Positions 40,851 to 54,710 of a stretch of 64,000 nt of DNA are shown piece after piece (position 1 is the first letter of the stretch; every line of letters starts with the position of its first letter). A program made the position numbers and the translations under genes. The notes below the pieces were generated by a model. That model did no database searches. It worked only from the letters and a program-made list of their open reading frames with translations, and had not been told where the DNA came from. Source of the stretch: Schmidtea polychroa (lineage: Eukaryota); NCBI GenBank assembly GCA_044892525.1, contig CM097885.1, positions 51,648,001 to 51,712,000 on the forward strand. Direction: 5' to 3'.

Positions 40851-43762
40851 CTAAAATGTAAATGTAAAGTTTTAGAAATGTTTTAGAAATTAAATTTCGA
40901 TAAAGTTCTTTAAACATTCTATAAATTGCATTAAAAATTCATTAGTTAAGAATAATTATTTTAAAAATAATTAAAAATAATCCAAATAATTTGGACATAA
41001 TTTACAAATCTTGTTTAAATCAGCCTGTAGTCAGTTAGGTAGAATAAAGGAGATTGAGAATTTCTTTTTTTACAACGGATTATTTTATGTCAATTTATTT
41101 GTAGAAATATATTTTATTACATAAATTAAAATTTTTATTTAACACAATTATTATAAATACATTTCTATAACCTGTTAGTGGTTTGTGATTTTTTTGATGA
41201 AAACTACCTTATGTAAAGTCTCTGAAATACGGAGTACAGAATATTGCTTATTTATATATAATGCAATATTTACACGTAGTTTTATATATTATAATAGACT
41301 TTGAATATAAAAGTTTCATTAATATCTTTACATTTCCCACACCTTGATATTTTTCTTATATTATGAGGTCTTTTCTATAATTCATATTAAGCAAAACTGT
41401 CTTAGTAAATTATAATAAATTACCTAAAACCTCAGAATGTTTAAAGGGACAAATGTTAAATACATTAAAAGACTTTTCATACATAATACTTTCCTGTATT
41501 TTAACTTAAAAATTGCCACCTGGCCGAGTTTAAAATAAACAATATTCCTATAGTAAAATGTTAGTTTTTATTTATCTATTTAAAAACCTCTAAAATAAAT
41601 GCCTATGCAATAAACCGCTGTACAAAAATAATAATAAGATTACTATAGACTCTAATTTTTTAGCAGTGATAACTTTCGGTCTAGTGCAATTAAGCTGATA
41701 GACACAGCAGCGTTTATTTTGCTCACCACAGTTTAGGAAATAAAAAGTCCAACATATACCTTCAGCCTTATAAATATCATAATCCTATGTCTTATTTTAT
41801 ACAAAATTATTACACTTGTACAATAATCCCAAAGTCAATGCAGACAATAAGTTGACGAAAACAACTGCTAAAGCATTGAAGAAGCATTGAAATATGTCTA
41901 CGAAATCAATATCAATAACAGTCAAAGTTTTATTCTCACAAATCACACCAAGAAAAACATTAAAATAAACAAAATTCATAATTTATATTGAAACGCGATA
42001 TAAAAATTTGGATATCTAAATAAATGTGGTTAGCAACTAACGTGATTGAAACTTTTGAAAGTTTCCATGAAATTGGTGCAATGAAAAGATTTGGTAGAAG
42101 GAAGAATCTTAAATAATTACCGACTTTATAGTTACAATTCAAAAGTATAATAAAAATGAAAATTAAATAAAAAATATTGTGCTTTGATGATTGGAAGTGA
42201 TTTTAAAAATTGCAATCCAAAAGGAAAAATACAAAAATCTAAAATAACTAATTAGTAAGTCTAAGTGATATAAATAAAACCTTTTAACAATGAAATTTAA
42301 GTTTATACGCCTTAGACATATGTTAGTTAACGTAAACCTTCGTTGGTAGAAAACAAAATTTAAAAAATTGTCGAAATTTATTTTAACCGATTTTTACGAT
42401 ATGGACAGGTGATTATTTAAAAATAAAAGTTAATATAAGTAATCTTATTAAAATAATCATAAAATAATTTTTAAATTTTATTTTAAAAAATAAACTAATT
42501 ATTATTACAGTGTTTTAATTACAAATAAAATTGATGTGAGAAACGCAATTAAATTTAAATTTAGCTTGATAACATCAAATCTCAAGTAAATTAGAAACAA
42601 TAAAAATATTTCTGCAACTGCCAGTGGCAGTAAACATTCTAAAAATTAGGCAAATTCAGAAAATTGAACAATTAGAACTCTGTGGTTAAATAATTTTTCT
42701 CTTATAAGAAAAGTTGAATTTAATTGTAAAATAAATTCATTTCATCTTTTCATTATAACCTTTCAATAATAACAAGATTAAAACAAAAAAATATGTTTGT
42801 TCGCACGGAACAATGATAATTAAATTTTTAAAATTACATTTAATATATTATAATTTATAATCTATTTCAATTTATTTTTTAAAAGATATTTTAACATTTC
42901 AATTGACGTAAACTGTTAAATTATAAACAAGTGGAATATTTTTTAAATGACATGAAATTATAATAATAAAACCTTTATTATCAATTATCATTTTACAAAA
43001 ATTAAATATTTTCAAAATAATTTACATTCAAATTCTCTTTTTTTATAATTTCTTAAAAAATACAAATTATGTATTGCAATATGTAGCTAAAAAAACCAAA
43101 ATGTAAAAAAAATAGGAGAAATATATAAATGTGAAATTTGGGGTTTTTTATAATATTTAGTAATTCCTTCTGTTTTGTCAATGAATCTTTATTCTATATA
43201 TTTTTAATTAAATGTTTGATATGTGAGAAGTTGCATGTTGAATGACATGTCAGATTTTAAGTTATCAATATATAGTATATTCACATGATTGTCAACCCAA
43301 AATCAGTAGTATGATTGGAGCTCCCCAGACCAGGAGCTCCCCACGCCACATATACTCCTCCCCCTCCCCCCCCCCGGGAAATTTTTTTTTTTAATAAAAG
43401 GTCAAGGTCAAGGTCAAGGTCATTTATTTTTTTTAATTTAATTTTTTGTTTTAATTAATTGGCCCAGCGGTGACAATTTTGTTTCCTCCCAAATATTAAT
43501 GTTCCCACCATCAGATTTTATTGGACGATAGCTCATCTTAAAGCCCATTGCAAGACCTTTAAGATGTGCTATAAGCATCTTATATATCTTTAATAGTTTT
43601 AATGTTATTAACAATTGATGACCACCATCTTTTCAAAGTTAAATTATTATTATTCAAATATTATTAATTGGTCCAGCGGTGACATACTTTTTTTCATCCC
43701 AAAAATAAATGTTCCCGCCAACCGATTTTATTGGACGAAACCTCATCTTAAAGCCCAATGCA

Positions 43763-44560
43763 ATGACTCATCACATTTTTAGAACAAAGACAATGACTCA
43801 TCCTATGATGCCTCATATTTTTAGAACGATGCCACATTATTTTTAGAACGATTACGTCATATTTTTAGAACGATGCCACATATTTTTAGAACTAATACAA
43901 AATCGAAACATAATATTTTTAGAACGATGCCTCTTAATTTTAGAATGATTACGTCATTATTTTAGAACGATGTCACACATTTTTAGAACTATTACATAAT
44001 CGATGCTCATATTTTTAGAACGATGCCTAATATTTTTAGAACGATGCCTAATATTTGTAGAACTATTACATAATCGATGCTTCATATTTTATTGAACGAT
44101 ACCTCATCTTAAAGCCCAATGCAAGACCTTTAAGATGTGCTATAGGTATTTTATATATCTTTAATAGTTTTAATGTTATTAACATTTGATGACCACCATC
44201 TTTTCAAAGTTAAATTATTATTATTTGTCAAAATATTATTAATTGGTCCAGCGGGCTCACACATTTTTTCATCCCAAAAATTAATGTTCCCGCCATCAGA
44301 TTATATTGATCGATAGCTTATTTTAACGCTCTGTGCAATGCCTTTCTAATGAGATATAGATTTCTATCATACGATGACTCATCACATTTTTAGAACAAAG
44401 ACAATGACTCATCATATTTTTAGAACGATGCCTCAATCGATGCCTCATATTTTTAGAACGATGACTCATTCGATGCCACATATTTTTAGAACGATGACTC
44501 ATCCGATGACTCAACATATTTTAAGAACAAATCCAATGACTCATACGATGACTCATCAAT
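43763..44560 (+). repeat. Subterminal ~21-bp minisatellite (ATATTTTTAGAACGATGCC/ACTC) interleaved with a ~240-bp repeat
   Basis: Many tandem copies are visible; the inverted counterpart is at 54066-54710 and 55075-55165. Confidence 0.85.
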
Positions 44561-45018
44561 GTCACTTTATTTTTAGTAATAAAGACATCTGTTTTTAGCA
44601 ACATTTTAAATCTATTTTTAGTAACATTTTCGAACCAATGTTTTAATTATCGATTATGTCATAATTTGATTTTGTTTAAATCATTGATTATATTATAATA
44701 TTTTTTGTTTTAATTATCGATTACGTAATAATTTAACTTATCATCATTATTAGGAAAGATATTAACGCACGCGCGAAAGATGATTATTATTATTATTATT
44801 TTTTTTTTACTCCGAGTTTATCCAACAAGATATTCTGTCCCCCTAAGGGTAATGGTCACAAAGGTACTGCTAAAACTTTAACATATTATTACACACAATG
44901 TAGAAAAAATATTATTAGTGTCCACACATGCTACAAGTTAGTATTCCCATCAATAGCTCATCTTAAAGTCTAGTGTAAGATCTATCTAATGATATATTAT
45001 TATTATAATTGGTAAAGA

Positions 45019-45115
<97 letters not shown>

Positions 45116-45275
45116 GGTAAAGATATTAACACCTGCGCGAAAGATGTTATTATTATTATGATTATTATTATATAATCCGAGTTTATCCGACAAGATATAC
45201 TGTCCCCACACACACATTCTATATACACATACCTTATTATTTAAAGTACACGCGCGGGAGTTATTATTATTATTG

Positions 45276-45379
45276 AAAAACCTAAAATATTTTTTACACA
45301 CACGCAACCCATTAACAATCATTATTATCAATATTAGTGAAAACCTAAAATATTTTTACACACACACAACCCATTCACA

Positions 45380-45445
<66 letters not shown>

Positions 45446-45703
45446 GAAAAACCTAAAATATGGTTTACACACACAACCCATTAACAATTATTATTATTAT
45501 CAATATTAGTGAAAACCTAAAATATTTTTACACACACACAACCCATTAACAATTATTATTATCAATATTAGTGAAAAACCTAAAATATTTTTTATACAAC
45601 CCATTAACAATTATTATTATTATTATTATTATTGCAAATATTAGTCAAAAACATAAAAACACACACACAACCCATTAAACTTTATTATTATTATTATTAT
45701 TAT

Positions 45704-45760
<57 letters not shown>

Positions 45761-45793
45761 TATTATTATTATTATTATTATTATTTATTATTA

Positions 45794-45879
<86 letters not shown>

Positions 45880-45950
45880 CAAAAAATCTAAAATATGGTT
45901 TACACACACACACAACCCATTAACAATTATTATTATTATTATTATTATTA
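45276..45950 (+). repeat. ~60-bp repeat (AAAACCTAAAATATTTTTTACACACACAACCCATTAACAATT..) mixed with (TAT)n
   Basis: About 7 copies; the inverted array is at 52920-53450. Confidence 0.85.
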
Positions 45951-48900
45951 GTGAAAAAACCTTAAATAATTTTTACATACTAAGTTTTGGGGTAGAGTAT
46001 TATTATGTTTGCAGTATTCTGTGTTTGCCTTTACAGGAAGTTGTCAATAAGGAGCGATAATTTTATACATACATTCTATATACACATACCTTGTTTAACA
46101 TGGGTGTATATACTCCTAGCTTATCCGACAAGATATTCTGTCCCCCTATGGGTAATGGTCACAAAGGTACTACTCACACTCAACATGTCGCAAGGGTTTA
46201 TTAATTAGGGTTAGTAAATATAACTTATTACATGTAAACCATATTTTTAATAATTATTTAAACTATAAAAATCAAGACAAGAGAGAACAAGGCAAAGTTT
46301 ATGCAATTATTATTGCCAGGCCTAATGAGCAGTCACCAAATATCTGTGCCTGAAAGACACGGTGGATATTTGTTCGCGTCCACAAGGGTCGTCTGTGCCT
46401 CCCCCAGGTGGGGTCAGAAGAACCTGGGCATTATAGTTTTCCGTACGGAACATTACGCCTAGCATGGGTAGTCAACTACCAGCACATTCGAAACGTATAA
46501 TTTCAAAATACATGCGTCATTGGCACTATAACCAAATTAATTAATGTTTTCACTAACACAAATATATATTTACAGAGGCCTCCCACTAGTTGGATTACAA
46601 CCGCCCACCACGACGATCAGCTTGTAAATATATATTAATTAAGGGATAAAGAGGACCCACCCAACCCTATGATATTTAATTTACAAATTTTTCTCGCTCT
46701 TCTGCTGGTAATCTATCTCAAAATTATCATCTCCATCAGGTCATTTGGAATACATCTTGCAAATTGGACGTATTTCTTAGTTTCTGATGCGGCGTCAATT
46801 ATCATTGCTAAAATTTATATTGATTTAAAAGCAATTAACTTACAGATGTTATCGTCACAAATTAAATTCTGTCTGACTATTAGGCAACTGTTATTTGTGG
46901 TATACTCTTTCAATGTCATTTCTTATCAATTCCCACCATAAAACACAGATACCTAAATATAATATATATATTTTAAAGAATTAATTCATGTCTTACATTA
47001 ATAATAATATTCTTCAGGTATGACGAGTACTTTACTTAATTGATAAAACATCGGTTTTTCCCATTTTTCTTGACATTCGTTGAAAGAAAGTTTACATAAT
47101 TTAAGTAAACATTTATGTTGAAGAACACCCACAATCAGCTAATTCATTTAAAAAATCCGGAACTATAACTCCTTTAGTGTTTCACCATTTTGTCTGGTTC
47201 ATCTTCCAAATAATCCAATAATTCATGTTTTAATAAGAAATCTCTAAATCCAGAACATAAGTCCTTTAGTGTATCACCATTTTGTCTGGTTCATCTTCTT
47301 CATAATCATATAATTCATTTTCTTCATTACTAAGTAAAATAATTAAAATATTGTAGTAAATTCATTATTTACTTACTTTATAGATACTAAAACGAAAGAA
47401 ATAAAGTTATATGAAAAGTTTATTTAAATAATTTAAATTTCGTATTTAAAAATATTTAAACAATTTAGTTATCTAAGAATATTTAAACATTATTATATAG
47501 TATAATTTTATATAATATTATAATATTATAATTTTATGTATTCTAAATTTATTAATAAATACAGTATAATTTTATATAATTTTATAATTTTATGTACACT
47601 TATATATCCTTCATTTAATTTTTTAAATTCAAAAATTTATAATGAAGATTCTTTGAATTAAAAATATTCTGTTAGTATTTCCAGGCAGAAAACAACGAAT
47701 TCAATAATTAAAATCTTAATTTTCATGTTGTTAGGGTTATGGCCAGAAGTTAATCGCCATCTAATCGTTTGTTCCGTTATCAGCCTGTTCTCAATTTTGC
47801 TCATTTTGTTCAAAACATTCAGGCGAGTTGTTATCTGGAAAGTTTCTTTTAGCTCAGCTTTCTTAAAACACTCACGGTATTCTTGAAAGATGTGACACTG
47901 GAAATAAATTAACAATGGGTGGTCATCCATACATGTTGTTGGTTTGAACTGTCGATTTATTTGGAAATAGATATATTAAAAACATTTAAGGTATCATTCA
48001 GTAAAATAATATAGTATTTTTGAGTATGTTTTAGTTAATTTATAAATAACAGTATTTTGATATATCAATAAAGACCATATACTCCGAGTTTATCCGACAA
48101 AATATTCTGTCCCCCTATTGGTATTGTTAGCAAGGGTACTGGTCACATTCAACATGTCGCAAGGGTATATTAATCAGTTAGAAATTCTTAGGTAATTTAG
48201 TGAGATGATCAGAAATTCTTGAATATTTTAAATGTAACTTTACAATCATGTCGAGCGACTAATTTATTGGTTAACTTTGTAGTCATTTAAAGCAAAAATT
48301 AATTTATTCATCTAATGTTCGTTACAATAGTTAATAATATGAGAAAAACATGGTCATTATTCATTGATAATTTTAAATTCTTTATCATTTGGAGTAAATT
48401 TGTTTGAGGCAAAAATAATTAAAGGAGTCATAATAGAAATATGGTTATCATTTATCCAATTAAGGGGCTTATTAGTTAGAAATATATATTATAAAGTAAC
48501 AATTATTTTCTAATTTAATTAGATGATCATTAGACGTAATATATCTTTGCGAGATATTTAAGATGTTTGAGGAACCAAAACATGGATATTTTGTGCGATA
48601 AATTTATGAATATTGGTTAATTTTGTTATTTTTAGTCATTTAAAATAATATTTAGCAAAGGTAATTTAGCAAAATATCATCTATCCACCCGATAACAATA
48701 TTCCGTCAATAGATTAACTGATATTCAACCTATTTAATTTCTAATTAAAATCATAAATTTCCTTCAATAAAGTTAAATTTTCTTAAGTTGTCGATTTCCA
48801 ACTTTTAAGTCAATATTTATCAAGTTTTGTCACCGATATCCCCACAATGAATATCCGTCTATAACATGTTAAATAAAGGTAAATAATTTAAAGCAATAAC

Positions 48901-49039
48901 CTTTGATATCATTCTCAATTAATTCTAAAGATTTCAGATATTTCATTGTCAAAACCAAGTAAATAAACACCTAATTGATCATTAACCCTAAACGACTTAA
49001 TAAAACCGTGGATAATTAATAGATAATTAATATAAACTT
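45948..49039 (+). repeat. Inner left arm of the palindrome (highly similar inverted copy of 50165-52850)
   Basis: ORFs mirror each other: 47658-47930(-) and 50890-51162(+) encode an identical 90-aa sequence; 46669(+)/52140(-) and 46005(+)/52792(-) are near-identical pairs. Confidence 0.95.
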
Positions 49040-50164
49040 CAAATAAAAACTATCAAAATTATCTTTCGATTTTATGCTGCTTACCATTTTAGAATAAGAT
49101 TTTTTATTAAAATTTGTGATAATTGGACTGATTCAATTTGATGGAGTTATTGTTAATTCGTTTTATTATATATACTCTGAGTTTATCCGACAAGATATTT
49201 TCTCGCTCTAGGGGTACTGTTCACAATTGGTACTGCTCGTAAGGGTACTGGTCGTAAAGGTACTGTTTTGTTTTAATGATTTTATTTAGGCAAATATTTG
49301 GTTATTATTTGGCATTAAATTCATTGGTAATTTTTTAGAGTTAGCGGGATTTTACTAACATTTTTTGTGAATTTCATGTTAATTGAAAGAATATTTAAGG
49401 TTTTAGTGTTAATTCTAAGATAAATTTTATTAATTTTGATGATGATGATGATGACTTTGTAATGATAATTTGACTAAATAATTTTTCATATATTTTTCTA
49501 AGAATATTTACACATTGATGAACTTTAAAATATTGAAAATCTAAAGTTGAAACCAGCTAATTTTTTCATGATGATGATATATTTGAAATCTACTTGAAAA
49601 TTATTGTAAAATATACTGAAATTTAGTTTGAAAGATATATCATGTTGTAATGGCTATAATTAGTTGAATCGATGAAGAATTATGATCAATCAATGAGATA
49701 TTATCATCTCTAGTTAGGTATTTGATGATACATGTGGTTAAATATTTATATTGATCTTTTAGTGGACTCTTTGAATTAAGCTACTAAATTATTTCAATGG
49801 AAGAATGTTTTTAACAATTAAATAAAATTCATATTTTGAAGGATTTCCCATGGATTTTAAGAGAATGGATATATTAAAGTCGGTTGGATTTAGTGAAGGT
49901 TCGGTTAAGATGGTAATATATGATTTTTAAGGGGGTTTTTAAAATGCTAGAAATATTTGGTGAGGGATCGGTTAAGGTGGACATGTTTTGAAATCTCTAT
50001 TTAAATCGACAATGTTCTTATTGGTAAAATATCAAATTTTCAAAGGAAATAGTTAGTATTTAGCTATGAATTAATAATAATTCCAGTGAACTTATATCGT
50101 TTTAGAGGTTTATTAGGTCGTGATGAATGTTATTGCACAGTAATATAGATTTATGTTTTAGAAC

Positions 50165-52850
50165 AAGTTTTTATTAATTATCTATTAATTATCCACGGTT
50201 TTATTAAGTCGTTTAGGGTTAATGATCAATTAGGTGTTTATTTACTTGGTTTTGACAATGAAATATCTGAAATCTTTAGAATTAATTGAGAATGATATCA
50301 AAGGTTATTGCTTTAAATTATTTACCTTTATTTAACATGTTATAGACGGATATTCATTGTGGGGATATCGGTGACAAAACTTGATAAATATTGACTTAAA
50401 AGTTGGAAATCGACAACTTAAGAAAATTTAACTTTATTGAAGGAAATTTATGATTTTAATTAGAAATTAAATAGGTTGAATATCAGTTAATCTATTGACG
50501 GAATATTGTTATCGGGTGGATAGATGATATTTTGCTAAATTACCTTTGCTAAATATTATTTTAAATGACTAAAAATAACAAAATTAACCAATATTCATAA
50601 ATTTATCGCACAAAATATCCATGTTTTGGTTCCTCAAACATCTTAAATATCTCGCAAAGATATATTACGTCTAATGATCATCTAATTAAATTAGAAAATA
50701 ATTGTTACTTTATAATATTTTGTCGGATAAACTCGGAGTATATGGTCTTTATTGATATATCAAAATACTGTTATTTATAAATTAACTAAAACATACTCAA
50801 AAATACTATATTATTTTACTGAATGATACCTTAAATGTTTTTAATATATCTATTTCCAAATAAATCGACAGTTCAAACCAACAACATGTATGGATGACCA
50901 CCCATTGTTAATTTATTTCCAGTGTCACATCTTTCAAGAATACCGTGAGTGTTTTAAGAAAGCTGAGCTAAAAGAAACTTTCCAGATAACAACTCGCCTG
51001 AATGTTTTGAACAAAATGAGCAAAATTGAGAACAGGCTGATAACGGAACAAACGATTAGATGGCGATTAACTTCTGGCCATAACCCTAACAACATGAAAA
51101 TTAAGATTTTAATTATTGAATTCGTTGTTTTCTGCCTGGAAATACTAACAGAATATTTTTAATTCAAAGAATCTTCATTATAAATTTTTGAATTTAAAAA
51201 ATTAAATGAAGGATATATAAGTGTACATAAAATTATAAAATTATATAAAATTATACTGTATTTATTAATAAATTTAGAATACATAAAATTATAATATTAT
51301 AATATTATATAAAATTATACTATATAATAATGTTTAAATATTCTTAAATAACTAAATTGTTTAAATATTTTTAAATACGAAATTTAAATTATTTAAATAA
51401 ACTTTTCATATAACTTTATTTCTTTCGTTTTAGTATCTATAAAGTAAGTAAATAATGAATTTACTACAATATTTTAATTATTTTACTTAGTAATGAAGAA
51501 AATGAATTATATGATTATGAAGAAGATGAACCAGACAAAATGGTGATACACTAAAGGACTTATGTTCTGGATTTAGAGATTTCTTAATAAAACATGAATT
51601 ATTGGATTATTTGGAAGATGAACCAGACAAAATGGTGAAACACTAAAGGAGTTATAGTTCCGGATTTTTTAAATGAATTAGCTGATTGTGGGTGTCCTTC
51701 AACATGAATGTTTACTTAAATTATGTAAACTTTCTTTCAACGAATGTCAAGAAAAATGGGAAAAACCGATGTTTTATCAATTAAGTAAAGTACTCGTCAT
51801 ACCTGAAGAATATTATTATTAATGTAAGATATGAATTAATTCTTTAAAATATACATATTATATTTAGGTATCTGTGTTTTATGGTGGGAAATGACATTGA
51901 AAAAGTATACCACAAATAACAGTTGCCTAATTTATCAAGCCTGTGATGATAAAATGTTAGATAATGTAAGTTAATTGCTTTTAAATCAATATAAATTTTA
52001 GCAATGATAGTTGACACCACATCAGAAACTAAGAAATATGTACAATTCGCAAGATGTATTCCAAATGGCCCGATGGAGATGATAATTTTGAGATAGATTA
52101 CCAGCAGAAGAGCGAGAAAAATTTGTAAATTAAATATCATAGGGTTGGGTGGGTCCTCTTTATCCCTTAACTAATATATATTTACAAGCTGATCGTCGTG
52201 GTGGGCGGTTGTAATCCAACTAGTGGGAGGCCTCTGTAAATATATATTTGTGTTAGTGAAAACATTAATTAATTTGGTTATAGTGCCAATGACGCATGTA
52301 TTTTGAAATTATACGTTTCCAATGTGCTGGTAGTTGACTACCCATGCTAGGCGTAATGTTCCGTACGGAAAACTATAATGCCCAGGTTCTTTTGACCCCA
52401 CTTGGGGGAGGCACAGACGACCCTTGTGGACGCGAACAAATATCCACCGTGTCTTTCAGGCACAGATATTTGGTGACTGCTCATTAGGCCTGGCAATAAT
52501 AAATGCATAAACTTTGCCTTGTCCTCTCTTGTCTTGATTTTTATAGTTTAAATATAAAAGTGTGTGTGATAGGTTTTATTTACTAACCATAATTAATATA
52601 CCCTTGCGATATGTTGAGTGTGAGTAGTACCTTTGTGAGCAATACCCATAGGGGGACAGAATATTTTGTCGGATAGACTAGGAGTATATACACCCATGTT
52701 AAACAAGGTATGTGTATATAGGATGTGTGTGTAAAATTATCGCTCCTTATTGACAACTTCCTGTAAAGGCAAACACAGAATACTGCAAACATAATAATAC
52801 TCTACCCCATAACTTAGTATGTAAAAATTATTTAAGGTTTTTTCACTAAT
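50165..52850 (-). repeat. Inner right arm of the palindrome
   Basis: Reverse complement of 45948-49039, but lacking the 384-bp block 48107-48490. Confidence 0.95.
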
Positions 52851-52862
52851 AATAATAATAAT

Positions 52863-52922
<60 letters not shown>

Positions 52923-53159
52923 GTTTAATGGGTTGTATATGTGTGTAAAAAATATTTGAGGTTTTCACGAATATTGATAATAATAATGGTTTATGAGTGT
53001 TTTTATGTTTTTGACTAATATTTGCAATAATAATAATGGTTAATGGGTTGTGTGTGTGTGTGTAGAAAATATTTTAGGTTTTCACTAATATTGATAATAA
53101 TAATTGTTAATGGGTTGTGTGAGTGTAAATAATATTTTAGGTTTTTGACTAATATTTGC

Positions 53160-53205
<46 letters not shown>

Positions 53206-53450
53206 GTTAATGGGTTGTGTGTGTGTGTAAAAAATATTTGAGGTTTTCACTAATATTGATAATAATAATTGTTAATGGGTTGTGTGTGTGTGTAAAAAAT
53301 ATTTTAGGTTTTCACTAATAATGATAATAATAATGGTTAATGGGTTGTGTGTGTGTGTGTGTAGAAAATATTTTAGGTTTTTAATACTGATAATAATAAT
53401 AATGGTTGAGGGGTTGTGTGTGTAAACCATATTTTAGATTTTTCATTAAC

Positions 53451-53486
<36 letters not shown>

Positions 53487-53848
53487 TCCCGCGCGTGTTA
53501 ATACTTTAAAAGAAAATATTGAAAATTTAAAAAATAATAATATTTATGCAAAGCATGTGCAATAATTATGTCTTTGTTAATTAAGTAAACTTTAGTGTCA
53601 AAATAAGTTTTTAAAATATTTTTAAATTTAAAATACCGCAACTTAATATATTTTTGTTCTACCCCTTCATTGATTTAAGTTGGTCAGAATTTAATATTAA
53701 TTATATTATACCCTTTGAGACATGTTGAATGTGAGTAGTACACCTTTGACCATTACCCATATGAGCAATACCCATAGAGGGATAGAATATTTTGTCGGAT
53801 AGATTAAGAGTATATATGATAATAATATTCCCCGTGCGCGTAATAATA

Positions 53849-53926
<78 letters not shown>

Positions 53927-54065
53927 TTAGAAAATAATAATATGTAATCAAAGATTTAAACAAAATTATATTATTACGTATTCGATAATTAAAACAAAAG
54001 AATTATATAATCAATGATTTAAACAAAATTATATAATCATCGATAATTAAAACAAAATTATTAAT

Positions 54066-54710
54066 TCTAAAAATATTAGGCTTCGTTCTAAAAGTATGAC
54101 GTAATCATTCTAAAAATATTTGGCATCATTCTAAAAATAATAGACATCGTTCTAAAAGTATGACGTAATCGTTCTGAAAATATTAGGCACCATTCTAAAA
54201 ATATTTGGCATCGTTCTAAAAATATTAGACATCGATTACGTAATAGTTCTAAAAATATTAGGCATCGTTCTAAAAATATTAGGCATCGTTCTAAAAGTAT
54301 TTGGCATCGTTCTAAAAATATTAGGCATCGTTCTAAAAATATTAGGCATCGTTCTAAAAATATTAGACATCGATTACGTAATAGTTCTAAAAATATTAGG
54401 CATCATTCTAAAATTAAAAGGCATCGTTCTAAAAATATTAGGCATCGTTCTAAAAATATTAGACATCGTTCTAAAAGTATTTGGCATCGTTCTAAAAGTA
54501 TGACGTAATCATTCTAAAAATATTAGGCATCATTCTAAAAATAATAGACATCGTTCTAAAAGTATGACGTTATCATTCTAAAAATATTAGGCATCATTCT
54601 AAAAATAATAGACATCGTTCTAAAATTATGACGTAATCATTCTAAAAATATTAGGCATCGTTCTAAAAATATGACGAGTCATTGTCTTTGTTTTAAAAAT
54701 GTGATGAGTC
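54066..54710 (-). repeat. Subterminal ~21-bp minisatellite (GGCATCGTTCTAAAAATATTA)n
   Basis: Roughly 28 tandem copies; inverted counterpart of the left-arm array. Confidence 0.9.

Noticed and set aside
44323..44598. Repetitive ORFs (MTHHIFRT.., MSHRSKNM..)
   Set aside because: Translations of the subterminal minisatellite.
49260..50164. Palindrome spacer as a DNA polymerase B or ATPase remnant
   Set aside because: The composition looks like decayed coding sequence, but I could not recognise any diagnostic motif; tBLASTx would be needed.
54066..54710. CRISPR-like appearance of regularly spaced repeats
   Set aside because: The units are head-to-tail with no unique spacers, the context is eukaryotic and there are no cas genes; this is a minisatellite.
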